Shown here: positions 16,324 to 26,269 of the stretch, one piece after another
Layout of the letters: every line of letters begins with the position of its first letter
Position numbering within the stretch: position 1 is the stretch's first letter
Virus record (IMG/VR): IMGVR_UViG_3300028402_000011
Span: 1-30,914 of that record
Direction: 5' to 3' (one strand)
Length of the DNA: 30,914 nucleotides
Source: a virus
Lineage: Duplodnaviria > Caudoviricetes
Position numbers and translations under genes: made by a program
Notes under the pieces: generated by a model
Databases searched by the model: none
Told to the model about the DNA's origin: nothing
What the model saw: the letters and a program-made list of their open reading frames with translations, nothing else

Positions 16324-17463
16324 ATGAAAGTCTTAGTAATCGGCGATATTATAATCGACAAATACATCTACGGAACGTCAACAAGATTGAGTCCCGAAGC
16401 ACCTGTACCTGTTATAACCTATCAACGCGAAGTTGAAACTGTGGGTGGCGCAGGTCTTGTCTACGAAAATCTACGCAGTTTAGGTGTAGATGTTGACCTC
16501 TACGATCACGGTGCTGAACACAGTATTAAGACCAGAGTAATCTGTGATGGACATTATGTTACACGTATCGACCTTGACAAACACGCTAATGGTACAGATG
16601 TTTTAGACAAGATCGTCAATGATCAGTTTTCACAATACGACTACGTTGTACTAAGTGATTACAACAAAGGTGTGCTAGACGAAAGTCGACAGATCATCAA
16701 ACACATTAATCGTTTTGGATGTCGTGTTATTGTAGATCCAAAAGATTATGCAATTCACTATGATGGTGCTTGGTTAGTAAAACCCAACTACAAAGAGTTT
16801 GGTGAATTTGGATTTACTGACTGGAAGGGCAATATTATTATAACCAATGCTGGTAGTAATGTTATTGCTAATATAGACAGACAAGTCTATGACATTCCTG
16901 TAGACAGTGTGGAAGTAGCAGATGTTACAGGTGCTGGAGACTGTTTCTTAGCAGCATTTGTGTATGCTCTTACACGCGGATATGATCATAAAATGTGCCT
17001 TGATCTAGCAGTCAAAGGTTCAACTGTCAGTGTTAAGAAACTGGGCACATATATTTTAAAGGTAGAAGACATAGAAGAACGTGTTGTCTTTACAAATGGT
17101 GTGTTTGATATTCTTCATCAAGGTCATCTAAAATTATTGTCAGAAGCGCACACACTGGGCACAAAATTAATAGTGGGTATTAATTCGGACGCTAGTGTTA
17201 AGAGATTAAAAGGCGAAGGTCGTCCTATAAACGATCAACAGAAACGTAAGAGTCAACTAGAAATGTTGCCGTGGGTTAGTGAAGTTATCGTCTTTGACGA
17301 AGATACTCCTTACGAATTAATTAAACAAACGAAGCCACACCTAATTGTCAAAGGTGGGGATTATACAGAATCTACAGTAGTGGGCAATGATCTAGCATCT
17401 GTACACATTGTATCTACTGTAGATGGATTTAGTACAACAAAAATAATAGAGGCAACTAAATGA
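16324..17463 (+). CDS. hldE: Bifunctional heptose-7-phosphate kinase / heptose-1-phosphate adenylyltransferase
   Basis: RLSPEAPVPV, LSDYNKG, VDPK, DVTGAGD (PfkB domain); TNGVFDILHQGH, GINSDASVKRLKG, KGGDY, STT (nucleotidyltransferase domain). Confidence 0.95.
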   Translation: MKVLVIGDIIIDKYIYGTSTRLSPEAPVPVITYQREVETVGGAGLVYENLRSLGVDVDLYDHGAEHSIKTRVICDGHYVTRIDLDKHANGTDVLDKIVNDQFSQYDYVVLSDYNKGVLDESRQIIKHINRFGCRVIVDPKDYAIHYDGAWLVKPNYKEFGEFGFTDWKGNIIITNAGSNVIANIDRQVYDIPVDSVEVADVTGAGDCFLAAFVYALTRGYDHKMCLDLAVKGSTVSVKKLGTYILKVEDIEERVVFTNGVFDILHQGHLKLLSEAHTLGTKLIVGINSDASVKRLKGEGRPINDQQKRKSQLEMLPWVSEVIVFDEDTPYELIKQTKPHLIVKGGDYTESTVVGNDLASVHIVSTVDGFSTTKIIEATK

Positions 17464-18284
17464 AAATATTAGTAACAGGACACAAAGGATTTATCGGATC
17501 AAACATTGCACTGTATTTGCAAAGTCAAGGACACGATGTCGAAGGTTGGGAATACATGCCGGGCGTTATTCCCAGTACAGAAGACTATGACTGGTGCATA
17601 CACACTGGAGCAATATCGTCAACTACCTACACAGATGTCGATCAAATACTAGAACAGAATTTTGAATTCACTGTGCGGCTTGCGCAGGTGTGCGAAAACT
17701 TTGGTACTAATCTACAGTACGCTTCCAGTGCTAGTGTGTATGGCACTACAGAACATTTTACTGAAGATGGAGCACTGTTACCACAAAGCCCCTATGCTTG
17801 GAGCAAATATCTATTTGATAGATTTATCAATCAATACCTAGACGAGTTTGAGATTACCATACAAGGGTTTCGTTACTTTAATGTTTACGGTCCTGGCGAA
17901 TCGCACAAAGGTGATCAGGCAAGTCCCTATACCAAGTTCATTCAACAGGCTCAAGAAAACGGCGTGATCAAACTGTTTGAAAATTCAGATCAATATTGTC
18001 GTGATTTTGTTTGTGTAGAAGATATCTGTCGCCTTCACGAAAAAATGTTTGACGTTGATACTAGCGGAATATTCAATGTAGGAACAGGCACAGCCACAAG
18101 TTTTGAAACAGTAGGACGTACTATTGCTAAAAAGTATCATGCTGACATAGAATACACACCTATGCCTGAACAACTAAAATCACAGTATCAGAAGTACACC
18201 TGTGCTGATTTAACTAAACTAAATTCAGTAGTAAACATGCAATGGACATCAATTGAGGATTATATAAATGCAAGAACCGACTAG
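17460..18284 (+). CDS. hldD: ADP-L-glycero-D-manno-heptose 6-epimerase
   Basis: TGHKGFIGSN, GAISST, YASSASVYG, YAWSK, RYFNVYGPGESHKG, YQKYTCAD; ATGA overlap with hldE. Confidence 0.92.
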   Translation: MKILVTGHKGFIGSNIALYLQSQGHDVEGWEYMPGVIPSTEDYDWCIHTGAISSTTYTDVDQILEQNFEFTVRLAQVCENFGTNLQYASSASVYGTTEHFTEDGALLPQSPYAWSKYLFDRFINQYLDEFEITIQGFRYFNVYGPGESHKGDQASPYTKFIQQAQENGVIKLFENSDQYCRDFVCVEDICRLHEKMFDVDTSGIFNVGTGTATSFETVGRTIAKKYHADIEYTPMPEQLKSQYQKYTCADLTKLNSVVNMQWTSIEDYINARTD

Positions 18285-18684
18285 ACTAAGTGGCGTTGTT
18301 CCTAAAGGCTGGGGCTATGAATTAATTTGGGCTACCAATGACAAATACTGCGGCAAGATTATGTTTTTTGAAAAATCAAATGCAAAATTTAGTATGCATT
18401 TCCACAGAGAAAAAGATGAAACTTGGTTTGTAAATAGTGGACGTTTTAAGGTACGCTGGATTGATACAAAAACTGCGGTGCTTTATGAAAAAGAGTTAAA
18501 GGAAGGCGATGTGTGGCATAATCCTCCGTTGCAGCCGCATCAACTAATATGTCTACAAGAAGGTTCAAGCATTACTGAAGTTAGTACAGCAGACAGTGTA
18601 GAGGATAATTATCGTGTTGCGCCAGGCGATAGTCAAAAACCTAAAATTGAACCTAATTTAAATCCTGAGGATCAAGATGGTTGA
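18268..18684 (+). CDS. Cupin protein, sugar(-phosphate) isomerase-like
   Basis: KGWGYE, YCGK, SMHFHREKDETW, PLQPHQL, EVST. Confidence 0.8.
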   Translation: MQEPTRLSGVVPKGWGYELIWATNDKYCGKIMFFEKSNAKFSMHFHREKDETWFVNSGRFKVRWIDTKTAVLYEKELKEGDVWHNPPLQPHQLICLQEGSSITEVSTADSVEDNYRVAPGDSQKPKIEPNLNPEDQDG

Positions 18685-19297
18685 TATTTACTGGGGAGAA
18701 GACCCGCTATCTTCTCTCGATTATATTGCTCCTAAATGCGTAATCGGTCTTGATAGAGACGGTGTTATTAATGTTGATCGCGGAACCTATACTTGGAAAG
18801 GCGTCGACTTTGAACCTATTGAAGGTAGTTTAGAAGCAGTTGCTAGATTGCGCAGGCTTGGACATAAGATTACAATTATTACAAATCAAGGTGGCATTGA
18901 AAAGGGTATGTTTACTGAGGAAGATGTTGATGCATTGCATATGTACATGTTAGAATTGCTGGGATCTGCAGGTTGTCCCAGCATTGATGCTATCTATTAT
19001 AGTGCTAGTAGTCATAAGAGTGATATGTATGCAAAGCCTAATACTGGTATGTTTAAGCGTTGCGAGAAAGAACACAAACATAAAAATATAAAGTTCAATC
19101 GAGGATATTATGTTGGTGATAAAATGAGCGACCTAAAGGCTGCTTATAAAATAGGTGCAATACCTGTATTAGTACGTACTGGATATGGTTTAGAAACTGA
19201 GTTAGCACTAAAGAAATTTACCTACCGCAATATAAGAGCTAAAACCATAGTGTTTGATGATCTTAGCTCTTTTGCAGACTATATCGAAACTCTTTAA
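18677..19297 (+). CDS. gmhB: D,D-heptose 1,7-bisphosphate phosphatase (HAD family)
   Basis: LDRDGVIN, ITNQGGI, KPNTGM, VGDKMSD, LVRTGYG. Confidence 0.9.
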   Translation: MVDIYWGEDPLSSLDYIAPKCVIGLDRDGVINVDRGTYTWKGVDFEPIEGSLEAVARLRRLGHKITIITNQGGIEKGMFTEEDVDALHMYMLELLGSAGCPSIDAIYYSASSHKSDMYAKPNTGMFKRCEKEHKHKNIKFNRGYYVGDKMSDLKAAYKIGAIPVLVRTGYGLETELALKKFTYRNIRAKTIVFDDLSSFADYIETL

Positions 19298-22200
19298 GCT
19301 TGTGCTTCGCCCCATCTTAGAATGATATTAGAAGTAATATCTATTCCACTAACCTTATAAACATTAATTGCTAGTACATCAGGTCCATTAGGATATGTTC
19401 CTCTGCCGCCTAGTGGAGTGTTAGTAAGTTCTTTCAACGCTGACAAGTCCAGAGTTGATCTTTCTCCAGGAACAGCAATAAACGAGAATACAGTTTCGCC
19501 TGGTTGTGCATACGGAGGTTGCACAAAACTAAATGTAATTGTTCCCGTGCCTGCTGCTAGCGTTCCATTAAACGAATTATTAAACTGTACTTCATAATAA
19601 TCATTTCCGCCCCAGTTTTTCAATGTTACACTGTTAACTAACGTGTTAGCAGAAACAGTTATGCCATTATTGCCTCCAGTTATACTTGTTCCAGGTTTTG
19701 CAGCAGATTCATCAAAACTTGCCACGTTAAAATATGCAAAGTTTCTATTAGTTAACGCTGTATTAAAAGTAACTGTGTATGCATCGGTTACATTAGAATC
19801 AACACTTTGTATAGTATTACGACTTAGGAAAAAATACCCGTAATTATCGCCGCTATTTGGACTAATATACGCTTGAGTAATTGTTGTTCCTGATGCAAAC
19901 ATTGTGCCTGTTATAGTTCTTCCTATTACAAAGTTTGTATCGTTGCTTCCAAATGTTGCTCTATAATCGTTAGCACTTACCCAAATATAGTTTGAATCAT
20001 TGACTCGGCTATATAATCCACTATTTAATTGTGCCGTCATATTAGCTCTTGATGTTGCTGTAGCTGTTGTGGCAGCAGCACCAGTGCTCCATACAACAGA
20101 ACCACCTGAAGCAAGTTCAGCAAAGCTAGGTTGTCCACCTTGTGCAACTCCGCTTAGTCCTGACCAACCAACATCATTTGGGTTTAGCGGATAGTTTTGA
20201 GGATTAAGAACTCCTTCAACAACAATGCCGCCTGTGCCCGTATCTGAAGTAATTTCAAGACCTTGTAATAGCAACTGTGCACGATTTAGTAGTTCTCTTT
20301 CGCCCAAGTCTCCAGTTAGCGCATTTGATACACTTGGTGCAAGTCTAATCATAAATGCAGTTTGTTTTGTTGTGCTTACTGTAATTCCAGTTTCTGCGTA
20401 TGAAAAGATATAGCCTCGATCTTCATCAAAACCGCCGTCTGTAATAAATGCACTACCCCAGTGGCTAATTAACGGAGTAATTGTTTGTGATATTAATATA
20501 ACACCTGTTCTAGCAGCGTGTGTTGCTGCGGCGCCTGCAGTATAGCTTCTATTAGATCCTGCTTGAAAATTAATAAACGTTGCATTTCTAATACACCCGG
20601 TTAATGTATTTCCACTTCTTCCCGTAAAATTAATAATTTCGTTATCGATATACACAGTCCCGTAAGTTGGAAAGAAACTGCCATCTTCTAGTACGAGTGT
20701 TGTTTGACTAGTATCCATTGCACTTGCTAATTTTCCGCTGGGCCCTTCGTTAGTAACTTCGTAACGCACAGGCAAGTTACCTGATCTCATAAACGCTTCA
20801 GTGTTTACGTTTGAGTTACGCATTCTGTGTGCAAACACAAAGTTACCATTTGATCCACGAAGCATAAAGTCAATAAAACCAGCACCGTACCAGCTGTATT
20901 GAATACCGATCATTTGCATTTTAGCAATGTCAATATCGTATCCACTAGGTCCAGTTCCATCTAATCTATCTAAGTTAAACTCACTTTGCTTAACTTTTTT
21001 GTCTACAATTAAGCTAGCCTTTGCGCCAGCAATGTCTACAACGCCGCGCCAGTCTGGAGTAACTGTAATTTCAGTTTGATTGTTAACGTGTGATACAACG
21101 TGTGTCATACCTTTAATAATAATTCTATCGCCTGCTTTTAACTGATCTGTAAATCTAGTATTTGTGCCAGTTACTAAGTTGTTGTCCACTGCTAGTGCAA
21201 TTGTTCCTGCAAGCTGTTGCGTGCCAGTACGCTGATTTACGCTAATATTAGTACCATCAAACTCCCAAAAGATGCCGTTTTGATCGTCAAAAATACCTGA
21301 ACGTACTGTTGCGCCGTGCCACGATACTACACTCATTTGTGAGCCAAATCCTAATAGCGCATTAGTTGATCCAAGTCTGCGCCGTGCGCGAATCTTAAAT
21401 GTACGTTCGTCTACAACTTCTTCTACAGTATAGTCAAATGTCGGAGGTACAGCAGTTTTAGGACCGCTGTTGTATCCCGGAGTTTCGACTCCCAGTAATC
21501 TAACAATGCCGCCTTCTTGTACACCGTGATCGTTATCGTCTGTTACAACAGTAATTAAATCTCCAACTTCTACACCTTCTGCAGTTAAGCTACGTAAGTC
21601 GTAACTTGGTGCAAACAGTGCGCCAGTTGTATACATAATGCCTTTACCTGATTGGTAACGAATATATTTCTTACTTTGACGTATTGCCTGTGCGCCGTGT
21701 TGCGGACCGCCTGTACCTAGTTGTACTCCGCCGTCAAACGGTCTGTGTACGAAGAAACTGTCTGGGCGAGGATAAACATCTCCAATAATATCAGATGTAA
21801 TAGTATCTATCGATCCTGCTGCTCGTGCTTGGAATCGTAATTTATTTATTGCTGGAATATCTGTAGCAATATACGACCCAGCTGTAAGATTATGATTATT
21901 AACACCATCGTCTGAATTTATACTAGTAATAAAGGTACTACCCGGCACTAATCCATGTGCATTAATAAATGTAACTTCGATAGTAGCAAGAGCACTATAT
22001 GTAATAGATTCATCCAGTGCTATCGGACCGGTAGTTGCTTCTGACATAGTTACTGTTGATATTAAATTTACTTCGTCACCGACAGAAGCTTCGATAAAAC
22101 TGTTAGATAAACTAGTAATCCCACCTACTTCTGATATTGTAGTAACTTGCAAGTCTAAATCATTTAATGGCGCTATGCCTCCCAAGCTAGCACCTGGTAT

Positions 22201-25200
22201 ACTTAATCTATCGCCTATCGCATAACTATTACCGGCATTATTAACAGCAATGTTAAAATAAGAACCGCTTTGTCTAAGCACATTAATAGTAGCGTCAGTG
22301 CCAATGACTGGCAAGTTTTCGCCTTCAGAATTTAAATATATGCCTGCCGGAACATACCCAGAACCTGATGATGTAACTGTTGTTATTGTTCCACCAGGCA
22401 ACTCGTCAATTGTAGCAACAGTAATAGTTAAATCATTACTTGGCGATTCGCCACCAAATAATGTGCCAGAAACTGTTAATTCTTGTCCTACATTATAACC
22501 AGTGCCCGGAGCATTAACGCTGACTACAAAAATGCCAACAGCGTCTTGACTAATGTCAAAAGTTGCATCGACAGGGGTTCTATTAATGCCTGCTACCGAT
22601 CCTACTGTATCTCCGTTATAAGGCAATCCAGATTCACTATGCGCAATAATGTTTCCTGTTCCGCCCACATTATCAATTGTGATAGTTAAATCATTTGCAG
22701 GCGTTGCTCCGCCAAGAGCAGAGCCTAGCACCGTAATAGTTTCTGTAGGAAGATAATTTATTCCTTCATTTGTAAAGGTAACGTTATAAGAATTACCAAT
22801 TACTTGTACATCAATTATTGCTCCGGCGCCTGAACTAGTGCTTGAAGTAAATGCCACACTAGTAAATGTTTTATCTACCTGAGGCGCGGTGCCTGCAAAG
22901 GTTACTGAGGTAACTGCACCTAGTCCTTGTATTTCTGTAATACGCACAGTAGCATCACTGTTTCCGCCAACAATTGTAACAGTATCAAACTGATCGTAGC
23001 CGCTGCCGGCAGTATTTATAATAACAGAATCAATTACTCCAGCAGTTTGTATAATATCTAATGTTAGTCCTGTACCATTGCCTCCTGTAGTCGCAACATT
23101 GATAGCATCGCCGTAACCAGTACCTGCAGATTGTAATACTGTACTAATCGGAATGCCTCCAACAGATGATACAGCGTCTACTGAAACATATAAATCTCTT
23201 AATGTACCAGTTTGGCTAGATACTAGTGACGTTCCTGATATAACTATAACATCGCCTAATTTGTAGTCAATGCCACCAGATCCTATTGTAACATCAGTAT
23301 AAGTACCATTTAAAAATTCTACATCAAAATCAGCGCCTATACCCTGTGCGCCTGCAAAGATAGCTTCTTGATTTATTAAATCTATTTCATTATCAAAATG
23401 TGTACCTGCAATAGTTGCTGATGCTATTGAATCTGCACTTCCTACAGATACAACAGTTATAGTTGCATCGTTTGCAGGAGTTGTGCCGCCTAAGTCGGTA
23501 CCTAGAATCTTTATTCTGTCGCCGGCTGCGTATTGTATGCCATCGTTTGATATAGCGTCTATAACATAAGTGAAACTGTTATCAATAGCATACGATATAT
23601 CAAATTTTGCAAGAGAGCCAGAAGGCGCTATATTATCAGGAATTATACCGGTATACTGACGACTATTGCCAATATATGAACTAGTAAAATTACTATTAAA
23701 TGTTAAAGTATTTCCGGTAATGTCTGTAATATATATCGCAGTACCGTCGCCTCTGTCAATTGCTAGATTTTCTACGATACCAGTGGTATTTGCAATTATC
23801 ATCTGATTTTGGCCTGATGCAGTATCAGCGGATGTTTCTGGCGTTAAATAGGTGCCGCCGCCTGAACTTTGATCAATAATTCCTGTTACTTGTGATCCAA
23901 GAGGTATATTTGCATTAGTTAAGGGCGAACCAATTTCTGGTGATGCGCCATCAAATGGGATAATAGTTGAGTTTGAAAGTACACTTAATTGTGCAAACAT
24001 TTCGCCGGCGCTGCCATTACTTGTAACAGTAAATTCAGGTTTTCCAATAGTAGCGCCTGTATAAAATCCTGCTTGTCTTAATTGTGTATACGTTGTAGAT
24101 AACGTAGTCGGATTAACAGTTCCTACTTTTGACTTTGCGTAAAATTCAAAAGTATTTGGTGTAGGAACATTTACAATAACAAAACTGCCTTCTGCTCTTG
24201 CTGCGCCGCCTACACTATCTTCTAATGCTTTAATAGTAATAGGTGTACCAGCAGTAAATCCATGGGCACTTACCGTCGTAACTGTAATTAATGATTGTCC
24301 GATTCCTTCTGTGCCTGCACTTGCGTCAGACACTACACTTACAACTGATGTATCTGTACCAGGAATTTCGTACACACTAGGGTATCCGCGCATAGTTGCA
24401 ATTGCTGCCCACTTAGTAGGCTGTAAGCCATATTCAAAGTCAGCGTCAAGCATAGATACTGGTGGAGCAATGCGCATACGTTCAATAGCATCTGTTCCAA
24501 AGTCAAACGGTCTAGTAGTTACAACACTCTTTCCGTTCTCAATTTGCTCTACAAAAATTTGTATATCATCTGTGCTGCTGTGAGAACTACTATCGTAATT
24601 TAGTTTAACAACAGTTATGCCGTCAGTTGTTTGTAAAAATTTAGGAAAATCAGGGTCAACTGTAACACCGTTTGTAATAATTTCAACAGATCCGCTGGTG
24701 CCTAAATTAGTAAAGTTATACATAACTTCACTTCGTGTACTGTTTGTAATCAACAACAATTCATCGATGCTGTACTTGCCTTGGAATTTGACAGTAGATA
24801 TGCCTGACTGTTCTAAAGTCGGCAGTGAACTAAGTCCGTTAGTTATAACATTAACAGTGATACTTACTAGTAAAGTAATTTTGCTAATTGCAGCAGTTTC
24901 AACTGTTTTAGTTGCGTCTATTGTTTGTGTTACTTCTGTATTTGACGCAGAATACAATACATTAATTAAAATATAATTTGTAATTAACGTACCAATAAAT
25001 GTGTGAGTTTGTATTTCTGGCTGTCTATCACCGTTAACTTGTGCTACATCTTGATCCCAATAATATTTTACTGTGTTGTAAAGCTTTTCATTGCCGCCGT
25101 ATCTTAGATCGTTTAAATATGCATCAATTATATACCCAACGTCTCTTTCACATTTTGCTTGATTATATGTATATCCTACAAATCCAGCAGCGCCTGCTGA

Positions 25201-25344
25201 TACTTGATCTGCAATCCACGCTGTAGATTCTTTTTGTATAAATGCCTTATTAGCATTTAGTAAGCTATAAGCATCTGGATATAAATTCCCAGTTGCTCCA
25301 ATGCCTGGTTTAAATACATAATTTTTTATTTGCGTCTTTGCCAT
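19294..25344 (-). CDS. 2016-aa Gly/Thr/Ser-rich virion structural (fibre/baseplate-associated) protein
   Basis: Beta-rich modular repeats (GxxYxxGDxIxIxGxxLGGxxPxND; xHGxxxG); late-gene context. Confidence 0.75.
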   Translation of the reverse strand: MAKTQIKNYVFKPGIGATGNLYPDAYSLLNANKAFIQKESTAWIADQVSAGAAGFVGYTYNQAKCERDVGYIIDAYLNDLRYGGNEKLYNTVKYYWDQDVAQVNGDRQPEIQTHTFIGTLITNYILINVLYSASNTEVTQTIDATKTVETAAISKITLLVSITVNVITNGLSSLPTLEQSGISTVKFQGKYSIDELLLITNSTRSEVMYNFTNLGTSGSVEIITNGVTVDPDFPKFLQTTDGITVVKLNYDSSSHSSTDDIQIFVEQIENGKSVVTTRPFDFGTDAIERMRIAPPVSMLDADFEYGLQPTKWAAIATMRGYPSVYEIPGTDTSVVSVVSDASAGTEGIGQSLITVTTVSAHGFTAGTPITIKALEDSVGGAARAEGSFVIVNVPTPNTFEFYAKSKVGTVNPTTLSTTYTQLRQAGFYTGATIGKPEFTVTSNGSAGEMFAQLSVLSNSTIIPFDGASPEIGSPLTNANIPLGSQVTGIIDQSSGGGTYLTPETSADTASGQNQMIIANTTGIVENLAIDRGDGTAIYITDITGNTLTFNSNFTSSYIGNSRQYTGIIPDNIAPSGSLAKFDISYAIDNSFTYVIDAISNDGIQYAAGDRIKILGTDLGGTTPANDATITVVSVGSADSIASATIAGTHFDNEIDLINQEAIFAGAQGIGADFDVEFLNGTYTDVTIGSGGIDYKLGDVIVISGTSLVSSQTGTLRDLYVSVDAVSSVGGIPISTVLQSAGTGYGDAINVATTGGNGTGLTLDIIQTAGVIDSVIINTAGSGYDQFDTVTIVGGNSDATVRITEIQGLGAVTSVTFAGTAPQVDKTFTSVAFTSSTSSGAGAIIDVQVIGNSYNVTFTNEGINYLPTETITVLGSALGGATPANDLTITIDNVGGTGNIIAHSESGLPYNGDTVGSVAGINRTPVDATFDISQDAVGIFVVSVNAPGTGYNVGQELTVSGTLFGGESPSNDLTITVATIDELPGGTITTVTSSGSGYVPAGIYLNSEGENLPVIGTDATINVLRQSGSYFNIAVNNAGNSYAIGDRLSIPGASLGGIAPLNDLDLQVTTISEVGGITSLSNSFIEASVGDEVNLISTVTMSEATTGPIALDESITYSALATIEVTFINAHGLVPGSTFITSINSDDGVNNHNLTAGSYIATDIPAINKLRFQARAAGSIDTITSDIIGDVYPRPDSFFVHRPFDGGVQLGTGGPQHGAQAIRQSKKYIRYQSGKGIMYTTGALFAPSYDLRSLTAEGVEVGDLITVVTDDNDHGVQEGGIVRLLGVETPGYNSGPKTAVPPTFDYTVEEVVDERTFKIRARRRLGSTNALLGFGSQMSVVSWHGATVRSGIFDDQNGIFWEFDGTNISVNQRTGTQQLAGTIALAVDNNLVTGTNTRFTDQLKAGDRIIIKGMTHVVSHVNNQTEITVTPDWRGVVDIAGAKASLIVDKKVKQSEFNLDRLDGTGPSGYDIDIAKMQMIGIQYSWYGAGFIDFMLRGSNGNFVFAHRMRNSNVNTEAFMRSGNLPVRYEVTNEGPSGKLASAMDTSQTTLVLEDGSFFPTYGTVYIDNEIINFTGRSGNTLTGCIRNATFINFQAGSNRSYTAGAAATHAARTGVILISQTITPLISHWGSAFITDGGFDEDRGYIFSYAETGITVSTTKQTAFMIRLAPSVSNALTGDLGERELLNRAQLLLQGLEITSDTGTGGIVVEGVLNPQNYPLNPNDVGWSGLSGVAQGGQPSFAELASGGSVVWSTGAAATTATATSRANMTAQLNSGLYSRVNDSNYIWVSANDYRATFGSNDTNFVIGRTITGTMFASGTTITQAYISPNSGDNYGYFFLSRNTIQSVDSNVTDAYTVTFNTALTNRNFAYFNVASFDESAAKPGTSITGGNNGITVSANTLVNSVTLKNWGGNDYYEVQFNNSFNGTLAAGTGTITFSFVQPPYAQPGETVFSFIAVPGERSTLDLSALKELTNTPLGGRGTYPNGPDVLAINVYKVSGIDITSNIILRWGEAQA
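22140..23550 (-). repeat. Degenerate protein-level domain repeats
   Basis: GIQYAAGDRIKILGTDLGGTTPANDATITV; GIDYKLGDVIVISG; GINYLPTETITVLGSALGGATPANDLTITI; GTGYNVGQELTVSGTLFGGESPSNDLTITV; GNSYAIGDRLSIPGASLGGIAPLNDLDLQV. Confidence 0.85.
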
Positions 25345-25347
25345 TTT

Positions 25348-26229
25348 TTATAATCCAAATGCTATCGATAATGCTAATGCTGTACTATCTACATATTGTC
25401 TATTTGCGATACTAGAGTCTGTAGTAGGTAAATTTGCAACAGTTGCTGATGTAAATGATGCTGTACTCGGAGTAGTTGTTCCGATTGCTGTGTTATTTAT
25501 GGTAGTGTCAACCACCGGAACTGTAGATCCTGTAGATTTTACTATTCCTAATGTACTACCGTCTATTTTTATTACAATCTGATTTACTGCTTCTAATTCT
25601 AAATTTGTGGAAGAACTAATTTTAGTTATATCAATTCCATCAATATTTAATGTTCCGCCTACATATAAGTCGCCGGCTATACCTACGCCGCCTGCTACTG
25701 TAAACGCACCTGTAGTCGAACTAGTTGCAGAAGTTGTTGCATTGACGTCAACTGTACTAAAGACTCCGATTGGGTCAACTATGTTAATGATTCCAAAAAT
25801 AGTTCTGTTGCTATCACCGTAGTATAATAGATTAGGAGTATTAGGAGCAATAGAAAAGTTTAGAGTGCCTGATGATTTTCCTTGGGCAAGACTGCCAGCG
25901 GATCCGTCAGTATGAGACAATCCATCACTATATAAAGTAACTTGATCGTCTTCGTAAATATTAAAATTTAAATTTGGAGTATTTAGAAAAAACGTATAAG
26001 CACTAGACCTAGCAAGAGTTATAGAAGGAGTATCGTTTCCTACTTCTTGAATATTGTATGCTGTAGGATCTGTATCTGAATTTTCCGTTATTGTAAAATC
26101 AACAATTGCACTGCCGGTTGCAATACTAGTAATAATTGAGTTAGCGGTAATATTACCAAAATTATCAACTAGGAATCCAGGACCTTTGAACCCGTATCTT
26201 GATTCGAATGGTGAATTAATTACTGCCAT
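25348..26229 (-). CDS. Virion structural / fibre-like protein
   Basis: SSTTGAFTVAGGVGIAGDLYVGG, INNTAIGTTTPSTASFT and ANRQYVD fibre motifs; SD AGGAG; ATAAATA at 26257-26251. Confidence 0.7.
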   Translation of the reverse strand: MAVINSPFESRYGFKGPGFLVDNFGNITANSIITSIATGSAIVDFTITENSDTDPTAYNIQEVGNDTPSITLARSSAYTFFLNTPNLNFNIYEDDQVTLYSDGLSHTDGSAGSLAQGKSSGTLNFSIAPNTPNLLYYGDSNRTIFGIINIVDPIGVFSTVDVNATTSATSSTTGAFTVAGGVGIAGDLYVGGTLNIDGIDITKISSSTNLELEAVNQIVIKIDGSTLGIVKSTGSTVPVVDTTINNTAIGTTTPSTASFTSATVANLPTTDSSIANRQYVDSTALALSIAFGL

Positions 26230-26269
26230 CTTTATTAGTCTCCTACATGTTATTTATCAGATAACAAAG

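Noticed and set aside
16324-19297. Heptose genes as bacterial contamination or a prophage boundary
   Set aside because: They are tightly interlocked with phage genes on both sides (promoter within the NUDIX end, shared TTAA stop) and the enzymes are compacted.
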